A stretch of 64,000 nt of DNA from Gammaproteobacteria bacterium. Its GTDB lineage: Bacteria; Pseudomonadota; Gammaproteobacteria; Steroidobacterales; Rariloculaceae. Below are positions 1-10,984 of the stretch, in pieces. The DNA lies in the NCBI GenBank assembly GCA_036563665.1, contig DATCLY010000069.1, positions 38,146 through 102,145 on the forward strand, in the 5' to 3' direction. How positions within the stretch are numbered: position 1 is the stretch's first letter; each line of letters starts with the position of its first letter. The notes under the pieces are model-generated. The model was not told the origin of the DNA. It was given only the letters and a program-made list of their open reading frames with translations, and did no database searches. The position numbers and the translations under genes were made by a program.

Positions 1-1069
1 TGCCGGGAATGATCTCCACCACCCGCACGCTCACCACCGCGAGCGAACGGGCGAGGTCCTTCGCGAGGTTGCTGATCTGGCTGCTCTTCACGCCCGGCGC
101 GGGCTTGAGCTCGAAGCGGGTGACCACCGGCCCCGGATGCACGGCCACGACCTCCGCCTCCACGCCGAAGTCGTTGAGCTTGAGCTCCACGAGGCGCGAC
201 ATCGCCTCGAGCGCCTCGGCCGAGTAGCCGCCCTCCTTGGGCGGCGGATCGTCGAGCAGGGAGAGCGGCGGCAGCTCACCGGCAGCGGGCGGCTCGAAGA
301 GCGGCACCTGACGCTCCCGCTCGACGCGCGCGCTGACCTCCACCTTCTCGAGCGTGGGCTCGATGCGCCGCGGCAGCGCCTTCGGCTTGGCCCGCGCCTT
401 GGTCACGAGCGCCTCGTGGCGCTGCTGCTTGGCGCGCCGCCCCTGCAGCCACAGCCGCACGCGGTTCGCGAGGATGTTGAGCTCCGTCAGCGCGGCGAAC
501 ACGGCGCGGCCCGTGGCGTCCATCACCGCGAGCCACGAGACGCCGGTGGCGAGCGACACGGCCGCGAGCCACAGCACGAGCAGCAGCACGGTGGCGCCCA
601 GCAGCCCGAGCACCTGCTCGAGGCCGTAGCCCACGACCTGCCCCAGGATGCCGCCGGCGGTCTCGCGCAGCTCGGGCGCCATGAAATGCAGCGTGGCGAG
701 ACCGGAGCTCGTCGCGAGCGTGAGCAGGAAGCCCACGGTGCGATAGAGCAGCGACAGCTTGCTCGCGCTCACGTTCTTGAAGAGGAAGATGCCGCCCAGC
801 ATCACGAGCGCCGGGAACAGATAGGCGCTCTGGCCGAACAGCAGGAACGCGATGTCCGCGAACCACGCGCCGGCCGGCCCCATGCGGTTCGACACCGTGC
901 GGTCGTCGCCGACGATGGAGAACGCGGGATCGTGCGGGCTGTAGCTCAGCAGCGCGAGCAGCAGGATCAGCGCGAGCCCGGCCGAGATCCAGAACGCGGA
1001 CTCGCGCAGGCCGCGCATGCGCGGCACGAAGAACCCTTGGAGCGCGTCGCTTTCTTTCGTTCTGCTCAA
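1..1069 (-). CDS. ftsK: DNA translocase FtsK, N-terminal part (3' end lies beyond window start)
   Basis: Absent from the ORF track because there is no stop in the window. My minus-strand translation from TTG at 1069 reads LSRTKESDALQGFFVPRMRGLRESAFWISAGLALILLLALLSYSPHDPAFS...GPAGAWFADIAFLLFGQSAYLFP (FtsK membrane domain). It continues to ...LNDFGVEAEVVAVHPGPVVTRFELKPAPGVKSSQISNLAKDLARSLAVVSVRVVEIIPG. An in-frame ATG at 1018 is an alternative start. Confidence 0.85.
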   Translation of the reverse strand, partial: MSRTKESDALQGFFVPRMRGLRESAFWISAGLALILLLALLSYSPHDPAFSIVGDDRTVSNRMGPAGAWFADIAFLLFGQSAYLFPALVMLGGIFLFKNVSASKLSLLYRTVGFLLTLATSSGLATLHFMAPELRETAGGILGQVVGYGLEQVLGLLGATVLLLVLWLAAVSLATGVSWLAVMDATGRAVFAALTELNILANRVRLWLQGRRAKQQRHEALVTKARAKPKALPRRIEPTLEKVEVSARVERERQVPLFEPPAAGELPPLSLLDDPPPKEGGYSAEALEAMSRLVELKLNDFGVEAEVVAVHPGPVVTRFELKPAPGVKSSQISNLAKDLARSLAVVSVRVVEIIPG

Positions 1070-1232
1070 GTGCTTACGCAGATCGCCTGCATAATGCGCT
1101 GATTATACGGATCGACCCTGGCGTTCAAAGCGCCGCCGGTCGCATACCATGGCGGGCGGGACGCTTCGCAGGAGCGGTCCCGCGGAGCGGCTTCCCGGCG
1201 CCGCGATGCTTCGCTCGGCCGACGTCAACCGC

Positions 1233-1261
1233 GAAGATCGCGCCGGGAAAGGCGCTCCTAC
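1233..1261 (-). repeat. REP-like 29-nt hairpin repeat (variant copy)
   Basis: GAAGATCGCGCCGGGAAAGGCGCTCCTAC is the reverse complement of a variant of the family consensus GTGGGAGCGGCTTTCCAGCCGCGATCTTC. It has an internal stem GCGCC/GGCGC. It lies in the ftsK/acetyltransferase divergent intergenic region. Confidence 0.7.
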
Positions 1262-1287
1262 AGAGCCTGTCGGTGTCGTAATGTTAG

Positions 1288-2475
1288 GTGATCATGCACA
1301 GTCAGGACGTCGACAGGCATCTGCGCGTGGAGCGGATCGAATCCCTCCGCTCCGTGGACGCGCAGCAATGGAACGTGCTCGCGGGGGACAGCCCGTTCCT
1401 CAGACACGAGTTCCTCGCCGCGCTCGAGCGTAGCGGCTGCGTGGGCGGCGACACCGCGTGGCAGCCGGCGTACGTGCTCGCGCGCGACGCCGGCGGCGCG
1501 CTCCTCGGCGCCCTGCCGCTGTACGTCAAGTACGACTCGCGCGGCGAGTTCGTCTTCGACTGGGGATGGGCGGACGCCTACGAGCGCAGCGGCCGGCCGT
1601 ACTATCCGAAGCTCGTCACGGCCGTGCCGTTCACGCCCGCGACCGGCGCGCGGCTGCTGCTCGCCCCGGGCGCCGACCGCGCCGCCGTTGCGCGGCGGCT
1701 CGTCCGCGCCGCCCGGGACTTCGCGAGCGAGCTGCGCGCGTCGTCGTGGCACGTGCTCTTCCCCACCGACGCCGAACGCGAGCTCCTCGCGCGCGAGGGC
1801 CTGCTGGTGCGCAAGAGCTGCCAGTTCCATTGGCGCAACCAGGGCTACGCGAGCTTCGACGATTTCCTGGCGCGCTTCAGCTCCGAGAAGCGCAAGAAGG
1901 CCCGCCGCGAACGCCGGCGCATCGCGGAAGCCGGCATCGTCTTCGAGCATCTGCGCGGCGATGAGCCTTCGGCCGCCGACTGGGACGCGATCTTCGCGTT
2001 CTACACGCGCACCTTCCTGCTGCACGGCCATGCGCCATATCTGAACCGCGCCTTCTTCGACGAGATCGTCGCCACGATGCCCGAGCAGCTCGTCATCGTG
2101 CTCGCCCGCTTCAACGGCGCGCCCATCGCCGCGGCCATCTGCTTCCGCAGCGACGCCACCCTCTACGGCCGCTACTGGGGAAGCGCCGCGGACTTCCACA
2201 GCCTGCATTTCGAGACCTGCTACTATCAGGGCATCGAGTACTGCATCCGGCAGGGGCTCACGACGTTCGAGCCGGGCACGCAGGGGGAGCACAAGATCGC
2301 CCGCGGCTTCTCGCCGACGCCGACCTGGTCGTGCCACTGGCTGCCGGACCCGGGCTTCCGCCGGGCCGTGCAGGCGTTCCTCGCGCGCGAGACGATCCAG
2401 GTGGACGCCTACATGGATTACCTGGACGAGCACGTCCCGTACCGGCGCGACTCGCAGCCTCCCGCGGCACGATGA
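1288..2475 (+). CDS. FemAB-like / GNAT-fold acetyltransferase family protein (COG3146-type), function unknown
   Basis: 395-aa ORF with normal composition. N-terminus ...[36 protein letters not shown]...[23 protein letters not shown] is typical of this conserved family. GTG 1288 or ATG 1294 could be the start. The stop overlaps the aat start (ATGA). Confidence 0.7.
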   Translation: MIMHSQDVDRHLRVERIESLRSVDAQQWNVLAGDSPFLRHEFLAALERSGCVGGDTAWQPAYVLARDAGGALLGALPLYVKYDSRGEFVFDWGWADAYERSGRPYYPKLVTAVPFTPATGARLLLAPGADRAAVARRLVRAARDFASELRASSWHVLFPTDAERELLAREGLLVRKSCQFHWRNQGYASFDDFLARFSSEKRKKARRERRRIAEAGIVFEHLRGDEPSAADWDAIFAFYTRTFLLHGHAPYLNRAFFDEIVATMPEQLVIVLARFNGAPIAAAICFRSDATLYGRYWGSAADFHSLHFETCYYQGIEYCIRQGLTTFEPGTQGEHKIARGFSPTPTWSCHWLPDPGFRRAVQAFLARETIQVDAYMDYLDEHVPYRRDSQPPAAR

Positions 2476-3164
2476 TCCGCTGGCTCACGAGCGGCGGGCC
2501 GCCGGACGACTTCCCGCCGGCGGACTCCGCGTTGAGCGAGCCGAACGGCCTGCTCGCAGCCGGGGGCGACCTGCGGCCCGAGCGGCTGCTCGCGGCCTAC
2601 CGCCGCGGCATCTTTCCCTGGTACGCCGAGGGGCAGCCAATCCTCTGGTGGAGCCCCGACCCCCGCACGGTGCTCTGGCCGGAGCGCCTCAAGGTGTCGC
2701 GCAGCCTGCGCCGCACGCTCGCCCGCGGCACGTTCGAGGTCACGGTGGACACGAGCTTCGACGAGGTGGTGGCGGGCTGCGCCGCGCCCCGCCGCTACGC
2801 GGACGGCACCTGGATCACCCCCGAGATGGCGGAGGCGTACTCGCGGCTGCACCGGCTCGGCTGGGCCCATTCGTTCGAGACGCGGCAGGAGGGACGGCTC
2901 GTGGGCGGGCTCTACGGCGTCGCCATCGGCCGGGTGTTCTTCGGCGAGTCGATGTTCTCGCGGGCCACGGACGCCTCCAAGGTGGCCCTCTACCACCTGG
3001 TCGAGCACCTGAAGCGCCACGATTTCGCGCTGATCGACTGCCAGGTCGCTTCCGAGCACCTGGCGAGGCTCGGCGCCACGCCCATGCCGCGCGACGAGTT
3101 CGTGCGCGCCCTGCGCGAGCTCTGCGACCCGCCCGGTACACCCGGCCCGTGGCGCCTGGAATGA
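2472..3164 (+). CDS. aat: leucyl/phenylalanyl-tRNA--protein transferase
   Basis: MIRWL...[31 protein letters not shown]...[10 protein letters not shown]...GESMFS matches Aat. The start was moved from track ORF 2331 to ATG 2472, which overlaps the upstream stop. Confidence 0.9.
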   Translation: MIRWLTSGGPPDDFPPADSALSEPNGLLAAGGDLRPERLLAAYRRGIFPWYAEGQPILWWSPDPRTVLWPERLKVSRSLRRTLARGTFEVTVDTSFDEVVAGCAAPRRYADGTWITPEMAEAYSRLHRLGWAHSFETRQEGRLVGGLYGVAIGRVFFGESMFSRATDASKVALYHLVEHLKRHDFALIDCQVASEHLARLGATPMPRDEFVRALRELCDPPGTPGPWRLE

Positions 3165-3237
3165 AACACCACACCCGTTTGCCGCCCGGCACGCCGTGTG
3201 CAAAAATTCGGCGCCCATTCGGGGCGGGACGCTTGCA

Positions 3238-3459
3238 GTGAGCGCGAAAGAAGAAGCCATCCAAATGGAAGGAACGGTGGTGGAGACACTGCCGAACACC
3301 ACGTTCCGCGTGGAGCTCGAGAACGGGCACATCGTGACCGCCCACATCTCGGGCAAGATGCGCAAGAATTACATCCGCATCCTGAAAGGCGATCAGGTCA
3401 CGGTCGAGCTCACGCCGTACGACCTCACCAAGGGCCGCATCGTGTATCGCGCGCGCTAG
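3238..3459 (+). CDS. infA: translation initiation factor IF-1
   Basis: [72 protein letters not shown] is near-identical to the IF-1 consensus. GTG 3238 is chosen by alignment to the canonical N-terminus. Confidence 0.95.
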   Translation: MSAKEEAIQMEGTVVETLPNTTFRVELENGHIVTAHISGKMRKNYIRILKGDQVTVELTPYDLTKGRIVYRAR

Positions 3460-3473
3460 CCGCGCGCGCCGCA

Positions 3474-3521
3474 ACGACCGTGCGGCGCGCTCGGCGCGCG
3501 CCGAGCACGGGGGACGGTCGT
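3474..3521. terminator. GC-rich nested hairpin between convergent infA and clpA (possible bidirectional terminator, no U-tract)
   Basis: Outer arms ACGACCGT (3474-3481) and ACGGTCGT (3514-3521). An inner perfect 18-nt palindrome GCTCGGCGCGCGCCGAGC sits at 3489-3506. Confidence 0.35.
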
Positions 3522-3525
3522 CCGC

Positions 3526-5811
3526 CTACGCTTCCGGCAGGTGCTCGAGCTCGCGCACGGCGGGCTCGGCGATCAGCACGAGGCCCTCGCCGTCGGGCGT
3601 CACGTCGACTCGCACGTGCCCGCCCTCCGTGAGCTTGCCGAACAGGAGCTCCTCGGCGAGCGGCCGCTTGATGTGCTCCTGGATCACGCGCGCCATCGGC
3701 CGGGCGCCCATCTTCTTGTCGTAGCCGCGCTTCGCGATCCACTCCCGGGCGGCGGGCTCGAGCTCGATGGTGACGTTGTTCTTGTCGAGCTGCGCCTCGA
3801 GCTCGAGGATGAGCTTGTCCACCACGCGCTTGATCGAATCCTCGTCGAGCGGCTCGAACTGGATGATCGCGTCGAGGCGGTTGCGGAACTCCGGCGAGAA
3901 CAGCCGCTTGATGGCCTCCATCGCGTCCGAGGAGTGATCCTGCGGCGTGAAGCCCACCGACGCGCGGCTCATCTCGTGCGCGCCCGCGTTGGTGGTCATG
4001 ACGATGGTCACGTTGCGGAAGTCGGCCTTGCGGCCGTTGTTGTCCGTCAGCGTGCCGTGGTCCATCACCTGCAGCAGCAGGTTGAAGACCTCCGGATGCG
4101 CCTTCTCGATCTCGTCGAACAGCAGCACGCAGTGCGGATGCTTGGTGATGGCCTCCGTGAGCAGGCCGCCCTGATCGAAGCCCACGTAGCCCGGCGGCGC
4201 GCCGATCAGCCGCGACACCGTGTGCCGCTCCATGTACTCGGACATGTCGAAGCGGATGAGCTCCACGCCGAGCGTGAGGGCGAGCTGCCGGGTGACCTCG
4301 GTCTTGCCGACGCCGGTGGGGCCGGCGAACAGGAACGAGCCCACGGGACGCCGCTCGTCGCCGAGACCCGAGCGCGCCATCTTGATGGCCGCAGCCAGCG
4401 CCTCGATGGCCTTGTCCTGGCCGAAGATCACGAGCTTCAAATCGCGCTCGAGGTTACGCAGCACGTCGCGGTCCGAGGCGGACACCGTCTTCGGCGGGAT
4501 CCGCGCGATCTTCGCCACGATGTTCTGGATGAGCTCGACGTCCACCTCCTTCGGCCGCGTGGCCTCGGGCTGCAGGCGGCAGTGCGCCCCCGCCTCGTCG
4601 ATGACGTCGATGGCCTTGTCCGGCAGGTGGCGGTCGTTGATGTGCCGGCTCGCGAGCTCCGCAGCGGCCTTGAGCGCCTCGTCCTGATAGACGACGCCGT
4701 GGTGCTCCTCGAAGCGGCTCTTCAGCCCTCGCAGGATCTCCACGGTCTCCGCCACCGACGGCTCCAGCACGTCGATCTTCTGGAAGCGCCGCGCGAGCGC
4801 GTGGTCCTTCTCGAAGATGCCGCGGAACTCGGTGTAGGTGGTGGAGCCGATGCAGCGCAGCTCGCCGTTCGCGAGCACGGGCTTGATGAGGTTGGAGGCG
4901 TCCATCACCCCGCCGGACGCGGCGCCCGCGCCGATCACGGTGTGGATCTCGTCGATGAACAGGATGGCGCCCGGCTGCTTCTTGAGCGCCGCCACCACGC
5001 CCTTCAGGCGCTTCTCGAAGTCGCCGCGGTACTTCGTGCCCGCTATCAGCGCGCCCATGTCGAGCGCGTAGATCGTGCACCCGCGCAGCACGTCGGGCAC
5101 CTTGCCTTCCACGATGCGCCGCGCGAGGCCTTCCGCCAGCGCCGTCTTGCCGACGCCCGCCTCGCCGACGAACAGCGGGTTGTTCTTACGGCGGCGGCAG
5201 AGGATCTGCACGGTGCGCTCGATCTCGTGCTCGCGGCCGATCAGCGGATCGATGCGCCCCGCCGCCGCGAGGGCGTTCAAGTTGGTGGTGAAGCGCTCGA
5301 GCGGGCTCGCCTCCGCCGCGCCGCGCTCGCCCTCGAAGCCGCCCTCCTCTTCGGGGTCGGGCTTCGGGTCGTCACGCTTCGAGACGCCGTGCGAGATGTA
5401 GTTCACGACGTCGAGGCGAACGATGTCCTGCAGGCCGAGCAGGTACACGGCCTGCGACTGCTTCTCGCCGAAGATGGCCACGAGCACGTTAGTGGGCGTG
5501 ACCTCCTTGCGGCCGCTCGACTGCACGTGGAACACGGCCCGCTGGAGAACGCGCTGGAAGCCGAGCGTGGGCTGCACGTCGACTTCCTCACCGTCCTCCG
5601 GACGGAGCCGCGGCGTGGAGTCGTCGATGAACTCCTTGAGCTCGCGACGGAGCCTGCCGACGTCGCCGCCGCACGCCTTGATCACCTCGATGACCTGCGG
5701 CGTGTCGAGCAGCGCGAGCAGCAGGTGCTCCACGGTGATGAACTCGTGGCGCTGCTCCCGCGCACGCTGGAAAGCCTCGTTCAGGCAGTATTCGAGCTCA
5801 CTGGATAGCAT
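3526..5811 (-). CDS. clpA: ATP-dependent Clp protease ATP-binding subunit ClpA
   Basis: 761 aa. Clp N-domain, two AAA+ modules (GEAGVGKTA and GPTGVGKTE Walker A motifs). Sits immediately downstream of clpS. Confidence 0.97.
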   Translation of the reverse strand: MLSSELEYCLNEAFQRAREQRHEFITVEHLLLALLDTPQVIEVIKACGGDVGRLRRELKEFIDDSTPRLRPEDGEEVDVQPTLGFQRVLQRAVFHVQSSGRKEVTPTNVLVAIFGEKQSQAVYLLGLQDIVRLDVVNYISHGVSKRDDPKPDPEEEGGFEGERGAAEASPLERFTTNLNALAAAGRIDPLIGREHEIERTVQILCRRRKNNPLFVGEAGVGKTALAEGLARRIVEGKVPDVLRGCTIYALDMGALIAGTKYRGDFEKRLKGVVAALKKQPGAILFIDEIHTVIGAGAASGGVMDASNLIKPVLANGELRCIGSTTYTEFRGIFEKDHALARRFQKIDVLEPSVAETVEILRGLKSRFEEHHGVVYQDEALKAAAELASRHINDRHLPDKAIDVIDEAGAHCRLQPEATRPKEVDVELIQNIVAKIARIPPKTVSASDRDVLRNLERDLKLVIFGQDKAIEALAAAIKMARSGLGDERRPVGSFLFAGPTGVGKTEVTRQLALTLGVELIRFDMSEYMERHTVSRLIGAPPGYVGFDQGGLLTEAITKHPHCVLLFDEIEKAHPEVFNLLLQVMDHGTLTDNNGRKADFRNVTIVMTTNAGAHEMSRASVGFTPQDHSSDAMEAIKRLFSPEFRNRLDAIIQFEPLDEDSIKRVVDKLILELEAQLDKNNVTIELEPAAREWIAKRGYDKKMGARPMARVIQEHIKRPLAEELLFGKLTEGGHVRVDVTPDGEGLVLIAEPAVRELEHLPEA

Positions 5812-6141
5812 TTACGTTTCTTCCATGGTGCACAGCAGCGGGTGCTGGTGCTGCTGGGCGAGACCGGTTACCTGGGCGACCTTGGTCTCCGCGATTTCGT
5901 ACGTGTACACGCCGCAGACGCCTTTGCCTTTCGTGTGCACCTCGAGCATGATGCGGGTGGCCGTCGGCCGGTCCAGCCCGAACACCTTCTCGAGCACCTG
6001 CACCACGAACTCCATCGGAGTGTAATCGTCGTTCAACAGAATCACCCGATAGAGCGGCGGACGCTTGAGCTTGGGGCGTGCCTCCTCGATGGCGAGCCCG
6101 TGCCCGTCTTCCCTGTGCAACTTTGATCGATCGTCGGACAT
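5812..6141 (-). CDS. clpS: ATP-dependent Clp protease adaptor ClpS
   Basis: 109 aa. ...[28 protein letters not shown]...[27 protein letters not shown] is the ClpS core. Confidence 0.95.
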   Translation of the reverse strand: MSDDRSKLHREDGHGLAIEEARPKLKRPPLYRVILLNDDYTPMEFVVQVLEKVFGLDRPTATRIMLEVHTKGKGVCGVYTYEIAETKVAQVTGLAQQHQHPLLCTMEET

Positions 6142-6357
6142 CTACGTTGACGACTCTTGAATGGACTGATCGCTCGTCTTTCGGGGCCAATTTACCGGCT
6201 GACTCACTGCCTCGCAATTGTCGATTCTGTCGCACTTTTCGGACTCCGCGGGGGCGCCAATGAACGCATACAATTCAGTAACTTGTTGATCGTGGCGGCC
6301 GTGACCTATCATGGCTCCCGCCCACGCCCCGCCGGGCCGTCGCTAGCGGACGCACCG

Positions 6358-7302
6358 ATGGAAGCAGCGAAACGATTCGCTCTCTGGAAGGAGCAATCGC
6401 CGACCGAGTGGCTGCGTGCCGCCAACCGGTTCCTGCCGCCCGCGGTGAGCGGCGCGCTGGTCATCGCCATCGCCTACCAGCTCGCGACGCTGACTTGGAC
6501 CATGGCGCCGGGCGAAAGTTGGGACGTGGCATCGCTGCCGGTCGTGGCCCCCGTGCGCCCGACTGGAGGAGCCGGCGCGCAGACCGCCGATTACGCCGTG
6601 CTCAAGGGCACGCACCTGTTCGGCGAGGCACCGCCGCCCGAGCAGGAGGCCCCGCCCCCCGTGGAGGAGGCGCTCGACGCGCCGGACACCACGCTGTCGC
6701 TGCGGCTGACCGGCATCACCTACGTCGAGGACGACGAGCGCAAGAGCGTGGGGCACATCGTGAGCGATCGCGGTCGGGAAAAGGTGTACTCGGTCGGCCA
6801 AACGATCGAGAACGCCGGCGGCGCCACCGTCCACTCCATCTATAAGGACCGCGTCATCCTCAACCGCGGCGGTCGGCTCGAGGCGCTACGCCTGCCGAAG
6901 GAGACGGCGACGGGAACGGTGGCGCGGGCCCCGAGCCCGATGCCCGCCGCCACGCCTCAGGCGAGCTCGCCCGGCACGCTCCGGGAGGCCATCAGCGCGA
7001 ACGCGTCCCGCCTGACCGACATCCTGCGGATCGCGCCGCACGTCGACGGCGGACAGGTGGTAGGGTTCAGGGTCACTCCGGGCCGCGACCGCGAGGCGTT
7101 CACGGCGCTGGGCCTGCAGCCGGGCGACGTGGTCACGGACATCAACGGCACGGTGCTGAACGACGCGAGCCGAGGGCTCGAGGCCTTCGAGGCACTCGGG
7201 GAGAGCACCATGGCGAACGTCACCGTGCTGCGCGACGGCGTGCCGCAGGTGCTCGTCATCGACATGAGCCAGATTCAAACCCTGCAGGAGAACCGCGAGT
7301 GA
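6358..7302 (+). CDS. gspC: type II secretion system protein GspC
   Basis: N-terminal TM segment (LPPAVSGALVIAIAYQLATLTW). C-terminal PDZ-like domain (VGFRVTPGRDREAFTALGLQPGDVVTDINGTVLND). Directly precedes gspD. Start moved to ATG 6358 within track ORF 6157. Confidence 0.8.
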   Translation: MEAAKRFALWKEQSPTEWLRAANRFLPPAVSGALVIAIAYQLATLTWTMAPGESWDVASLPVVAPVRPTGGAGAQTADYAVLKGTHLFGEAPPPEQEAPPPVEEALDAPDTTLSLRLTGITYVEDDERKSVGHIVSDRGREKVYSVGQTIENAGGATVHSIYKDRVILNRGGRLEALRLPKETATGTVARAPSPMPAATPQASSPGTLREAISANASRLTDILRIAPHVDGGQVVGFRVTPGRDREAFTALGLQPGDVVTDINGTVLNDASRGLEAFEALGESTMANVTVLRDGVPQVLVIDMSQIQTLQENRE

Positions 7303-9377
7303 ACGTATCGCCGCCGGCGGCCCCACGCGGGCCGGCCAACCCGTGCCCCCTGCACGCCCGGCGCCCGCGGCCGCTCGCGCTCGGGGTCCTGCTCGCCCTC
7401 ATCTGCGCGGCCGCGGCGCACGCCCAGCAGGAGCCGCTGATCACGCCCAACTACCGCGACGCGGACATCCGCGAGCTCATCGATGCGGTGAGCCAGGTCA
7501 CGGGACGGAACTTCCTCGTCGATCCCCGCGTGCGCGCGCAGGTCACGCTCATCTCGCAGACGCCGATGAGCCCCGACGCGTTCTATCAGACGTTCCTCTC
7601 CGCCCTCTCCGTGAACGGCTTCATGGCCACCGAGGAAGGCGACGTGACGAAGATCGTGCCGGACGCGAACGCGCGTTACTTCACGGCGCTCGAGGGCGAG
7701 GGCGAGGACTTCGTCACGCAGGTGGTGGTGCTCGAGAACGTGGGCGCGGCGCAGCTCGTGCCGATCCTCCGCCCGCTCGTCCCGCAGAACGGCCACATGG
7801 CGGCCCATCAGCAATCGAACGCGCTGATCATCTCGGACCGCGCCTCGAACCTGCGGCGCGTGGTCGACATCGTGCGCCGGATGGACCGCGCGAGCGCGCA
7901 GGAGGGAGACGTCATCCCGCTGCAGAACGCCTCGGCCACCGAGGTCGTGCGCATGCTGCAGACGCTGAACCAGGCGGCGCAAGCCGGCGGCGCGCCCGCC
8001 GTGCAGGTCATCGCCGATCCGCGCACGAACAGCGTGCTGCTCGCGGGCCCGCCCGCCACCGTCCTGCAGTACCGCGCGTACATCGCGTTCCTCGACACGC
8101 CCACGGAGCAGACCGGGGACACCGAGGTCCGCTATCTGAACTACGCGGACGCCGAGGACCTCGCCATGAAGCTCCAGATGCAGTTCGGGGGCACGGGCGC
8201 GGCACCCGCGACGACGCCGGAAGGCGGCGTGACGGCGGGGCCGAACGGCGGCGCGGTGAACGTTTGGGCCGACGCGGGCACTAATGCTCTCGTGATCACC
8301 GCGCCCGCTCGCATCCGTCAGGACATGATGGCCATCATCGACCAGATCGATATCCCGCGCGCGCAGGTCAAGGTCGATGCCATCATCGTGGAGATCAGCG
8401 AGGAGAAGGCGGCCGAGCTCGGCGTCACGTGGCTCCTGGACGGCTCGGACGACGACGAAGCCGTCGGCCTCACCAATTTCAGCAACACGACGGGCGGCAT
8501 CATCCAGCTCGGCGCCATCGGCGCGGACGACACGCCCGATCCGAGCGCGATCCCGCAGGGCATCACGTTGGGCGTGGGCCGCCTGCGCGACACCGGCACG
8601 AGCTGGGCCGCCATCATCGCGGCGCTGCGGGGCGACTCGAACACCAACATCGTGTCCACCCCGACCATCGTCACGATGGACAACGAGGAGGCGGAGATCC
8701 GCGTGGGCCAGGAGGTGCCATTCATCACCGGCCAGTTCACCAACACGGGCGCGGCCGCGGGCTCCGTGAACCCGTTCCAGACCATCCAGCGCGAGGAGGT
8801 GGGCACGAGCCTCAAGATCACCCCGCAGATCAACGAGGGCTCGGGCGTGAAGCTGCGGATCGAGCAGGAGACCTCGAGCATCAGCCAGGGCGCCACCGGC
8901 GCCGTGGACCTCATCACCAACACGCGCACCATCACCACTTCCGTGTTCGTGGAGGACGGCGACGTGCTCGTGCTCGGGGGGCTCATCGACGACACGCTGC
9001 GCCAGGCCGAGCAGCGCGTGCCGGGCCTGGGCAGGATCCCGGGGCTCGGCTGGCTGTTCCGCGCCCGGAACACCGAGCGCGTGAAGACCAACCTCATGGT
9101 CTTCATCCGCCCCACCATCCTGCGCGACACCGTGGACGCGCGGTTCGAAACCACTTCGAAGTACAGCTACTTGCGGGAGCTGCAGCGGCAGCAGGCGCAG
9201 AGCCCGATACGCCTCATGCGCCGCGACCGGGCGCCGGAGCTGCCGGAGCTGCCGCCGCAGATGTTCGAGACGCCGGAGGAGCCGCCACCGGACGCCACGA
9301 CCGAGGAGCCCCCGCAGGAGGAGCCGCCGCAGGAGCCCGCCGACCAGGAGCAGCCGAACGATGGCAGCCGCCGCTGA
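7299..9377 (+). CDS. gspD: type II secretion system secretin GspD
   Basis: 692 aa with a signal peptide and N0-like domain ([31 protein letters not shown]). Secretin domain with [15 protein letters not shown]...[14 protein letters not shown] start overlaps the gspC stop (GTGA). Has an unusual Pro/Glu-rich C-terminal tail. Confidence 0.93.
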   Translation: MNVSPPAAPRGPANPCPLHARRPRPLALGVLLALICAAAAHAQQEPLITPNYRDADIRELIDAVSQVTGRNFLVDPRVRAQVTLISQTPMSPDAFYQTFLSALSVNGFMATEEGDVTKIVPDANARYFTALEGEGEDFVTQVVVLENVGAAQLVPILRPLVPQNGHMAAHQQSNALIISDRASNLRRVVDIVRRMDRASAQEGDVIPLQNASATEVVRMLQTLNQAAQAGGAPAVQVIADPRTNSVLLAGPPATVLQYRAYIAFLDTPTEQTGDTEVRYLNYADAEDLAMKLQMQFGGTGAAPATTPEGGVTAGPNGGAVNVWADAGTNALVITAPARIRQDMMAIIDQIDIPRAQVKVDAIIVEISEEKAAELGVTWLLDGSDDDEAVGLTNFSNTTGGIIQLGAIGADDTPDPSAIPQGITLGVGRLRDTGTSWAAIIAALRGDSNTNIVSTPTIVTMDNEEAEIRVGQEVPFITGQFTNTGAAAGSVNPFQTIQREEVGTSLKITPQINEGSGVKLRIEQETSSISQGATGAVDLITNTRTITTSVFVEDGDVLVLGGLIDDTLRQAEQRVPGLGRIPGLGWLFRARNTERVKTNLMVFIRPTILRDTVDARFETTSKYSYLRELQRQQAQSPIRLMRRDRAPELPELPPQMFETPEEPPPDATTEEPPQEEPPQEPADQEQPNDGSRR

Positions 9378-10872
9378 CCGGTCCGAGGCTCCCGTCGAGC
9401 TGAAGCTCGCGCCCGAGCCGCCCGCGCGGCGCCTGCCGTTCGCGTTCGCCAAGCGGCACGGCGTGCTGATCGAAGCCGTCGAGGACGGCTGCACGCGCGC
9501 GATCTACCGCAAGGGCGCCTCCGTGCAGAGCATCGCCGAGGTGCGCCGCTTCGTGGGCGGCCCCGTCACGTTCTCCGCGGTGGACGCGGACACCTTCGAC
9601 AGCCGCCTGCAGGCCGCCTACGAGAGCGGCGCGGCCATGACGATGGTGGAGGGGCTCGACGACGACACGGATCTGTTCGCCGTCGCGCAGCAGCTCCCCG
9701 AGCCCTCCGACCTGCTCGACAGCGACGACGAGGCCCCGATCATCCGGCTCATCAACGCGCTGCTCACGCAGGCCGTCAAGGACAACGCGTCGGACATCCA
9801 CATCGAGCCGTACGAGAACCGCCTCGTAGTGCGCTTCCGCATCGACGGCGTGCTGCGCGAAGTGCTGCAGTCGCGCCGCGCCGTGGCGCCGCTCGTCGTG
9901 TCGCGCGTGAAGGTGATGTCGAAGCTCGATATCGCCGAGAAGCGGCTGCCGCAGGACGGCCGCATCTCGCTGCGCATCGCCGGGCGGGCCGTGGACGTGC
10001 GCGTGTCCACGATCCCCTCCGGCCACGGCGAGCGCGTGGTGCTGCGGCTGCTCGACAAGCAGGCGGGGCGGCTCACGCTCGAGAAGCTCGGCATGTCGCC
10101 CGAGGATCAGGAGGCCATGGACCGGCTGATCCACCGTCCGCACGGCATCCTGCTCGTGACCGGGCCCACGGGCTCGGGCAAGACCACCACGCTGTACGCC
10201 GCGCTCGAGCGCATCAACGACGCGAGCCGCAACATCCTGACCGTGGAGGACCCGATCGAGTACCACATCGACGGCATCGGTCAGACGCAGGTCAACACGA
10301 AGGTGGAGATGACCTTCGCCCGCGGGCTGCGCGCCATCCTGCGCCAGGACCCGGACGTCGTGATGGTGGGCGAGATCCGCGACCTCGAGACCGCCGAGAT
10401 CGCCGTGCAGGCGAGCCTCACCGGCCACCTCGTGCTGTCCACGCTGCACACCAACACGGCCGTCGGCGCGGTCACGCGGCTGCGCGACATGGGCGTGGAG
10501 CCGTTCCTGCTGTCCTCCTCGCTGATCGGCGTGCTGGCGCAGCGCCTCGTGCGCGTGCTCGACCCGGCCACGCGCGTGCCGTACGAGGCGAGCGAGTACG
10601 AATGCCGACTGCTCGGCGTGGACCCGGCGCACCCGCCCACGCTGTATCGTGCGAGCGACGAGGGGGTCGGCTACCGCGGCCGCACGGGCATCTACGAGCT
10701 CGTCACCGTGGACAACACGATGCGCACGATGATCCACGACGGCGCGGGCGAGCACGAGCTCGAGCAGTACGCCCGCCGGCACACGCCGAGCATCCGCGAC
10801 GACGGCATCCGCAAGGTGCTGGCCGGCGTGACCACGCTCGAGGAGGTCCTGCGCGTCACCCGGAGCGACTAG
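9361..10872 (+). CDS. gspE: type II secretion system ATPase GspE
   Basis: 503 aa. Walker [11 protein letters not shown], Asp box/Walker [13 protein letters not shown], His box LSTLHTN. Confidence 0.95.
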   Translation: MAAAADRSEAPVELKLAPEPPARRLPFAFAKRHGVLIEAVEDGCTRAIYRKGASVQSIAEVRRFVGGPVTFSAVDADTFDSRLQAAYESGAAMTMVEGLDDDTDLFAVAQQLPEPSDLLDSDDEAPIIRLINALLTQAVKDNASDIHIEPYENRLVVRFRIDGVLREVLQSRRAVAPLVVSRVKVMSKLDIAEKRLPQDGRISLRIAGRAVDVRVSTIPSGHGERVVLRLLDKQAGRLTLEKLGMSPEDQEAMDRLIHRPHGILLVTGPTGSGKTTTLYAALERINDASRNILTVEDPIEYHIDGIGQTQVNTKVEMTFARGLRAILRQDPDVVMVGEIRDLETAEIAVQASLTGHLVLSTLHTNTAVGAVTRLRDMGVEPFLLSSSLIGVLAQRLVRVLDPATRVPYEASEYECRLLGVDPAHPPTLYRASDEGVGYRGRTGIYELVTVDNTMRTMIHDGAGEHELEQYARRHTPSIRDDGIRKVLAGVTTLEEVLRVTRSD

Positions 10873-10984
10873 TGGCTCGGGGACCCGCCTTCGCGCAGAA
10901 GAAGGCCGCGTCGTATCGGCGGCATCGCGACTCTTGCCGCCGGCACCTGCGACGTGGGCGCGTGTCCCGGTGGGGGGCGTGCTG

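Noticed and set aside
3541-5808. 755-aa ORF antisense to clpA
   Set aside because: Low-complexity Arg/Leu/Ala/Val composition. clpA on the other strand is certain.
7275-9494. 739-aa ORF antisense to gspD
   Set aside because: Arg/Ala/Gly/His-rich with no motifs. A typical open antisense frame in high-GC DNA. The opposite strand encodes an unmistakable secretin.
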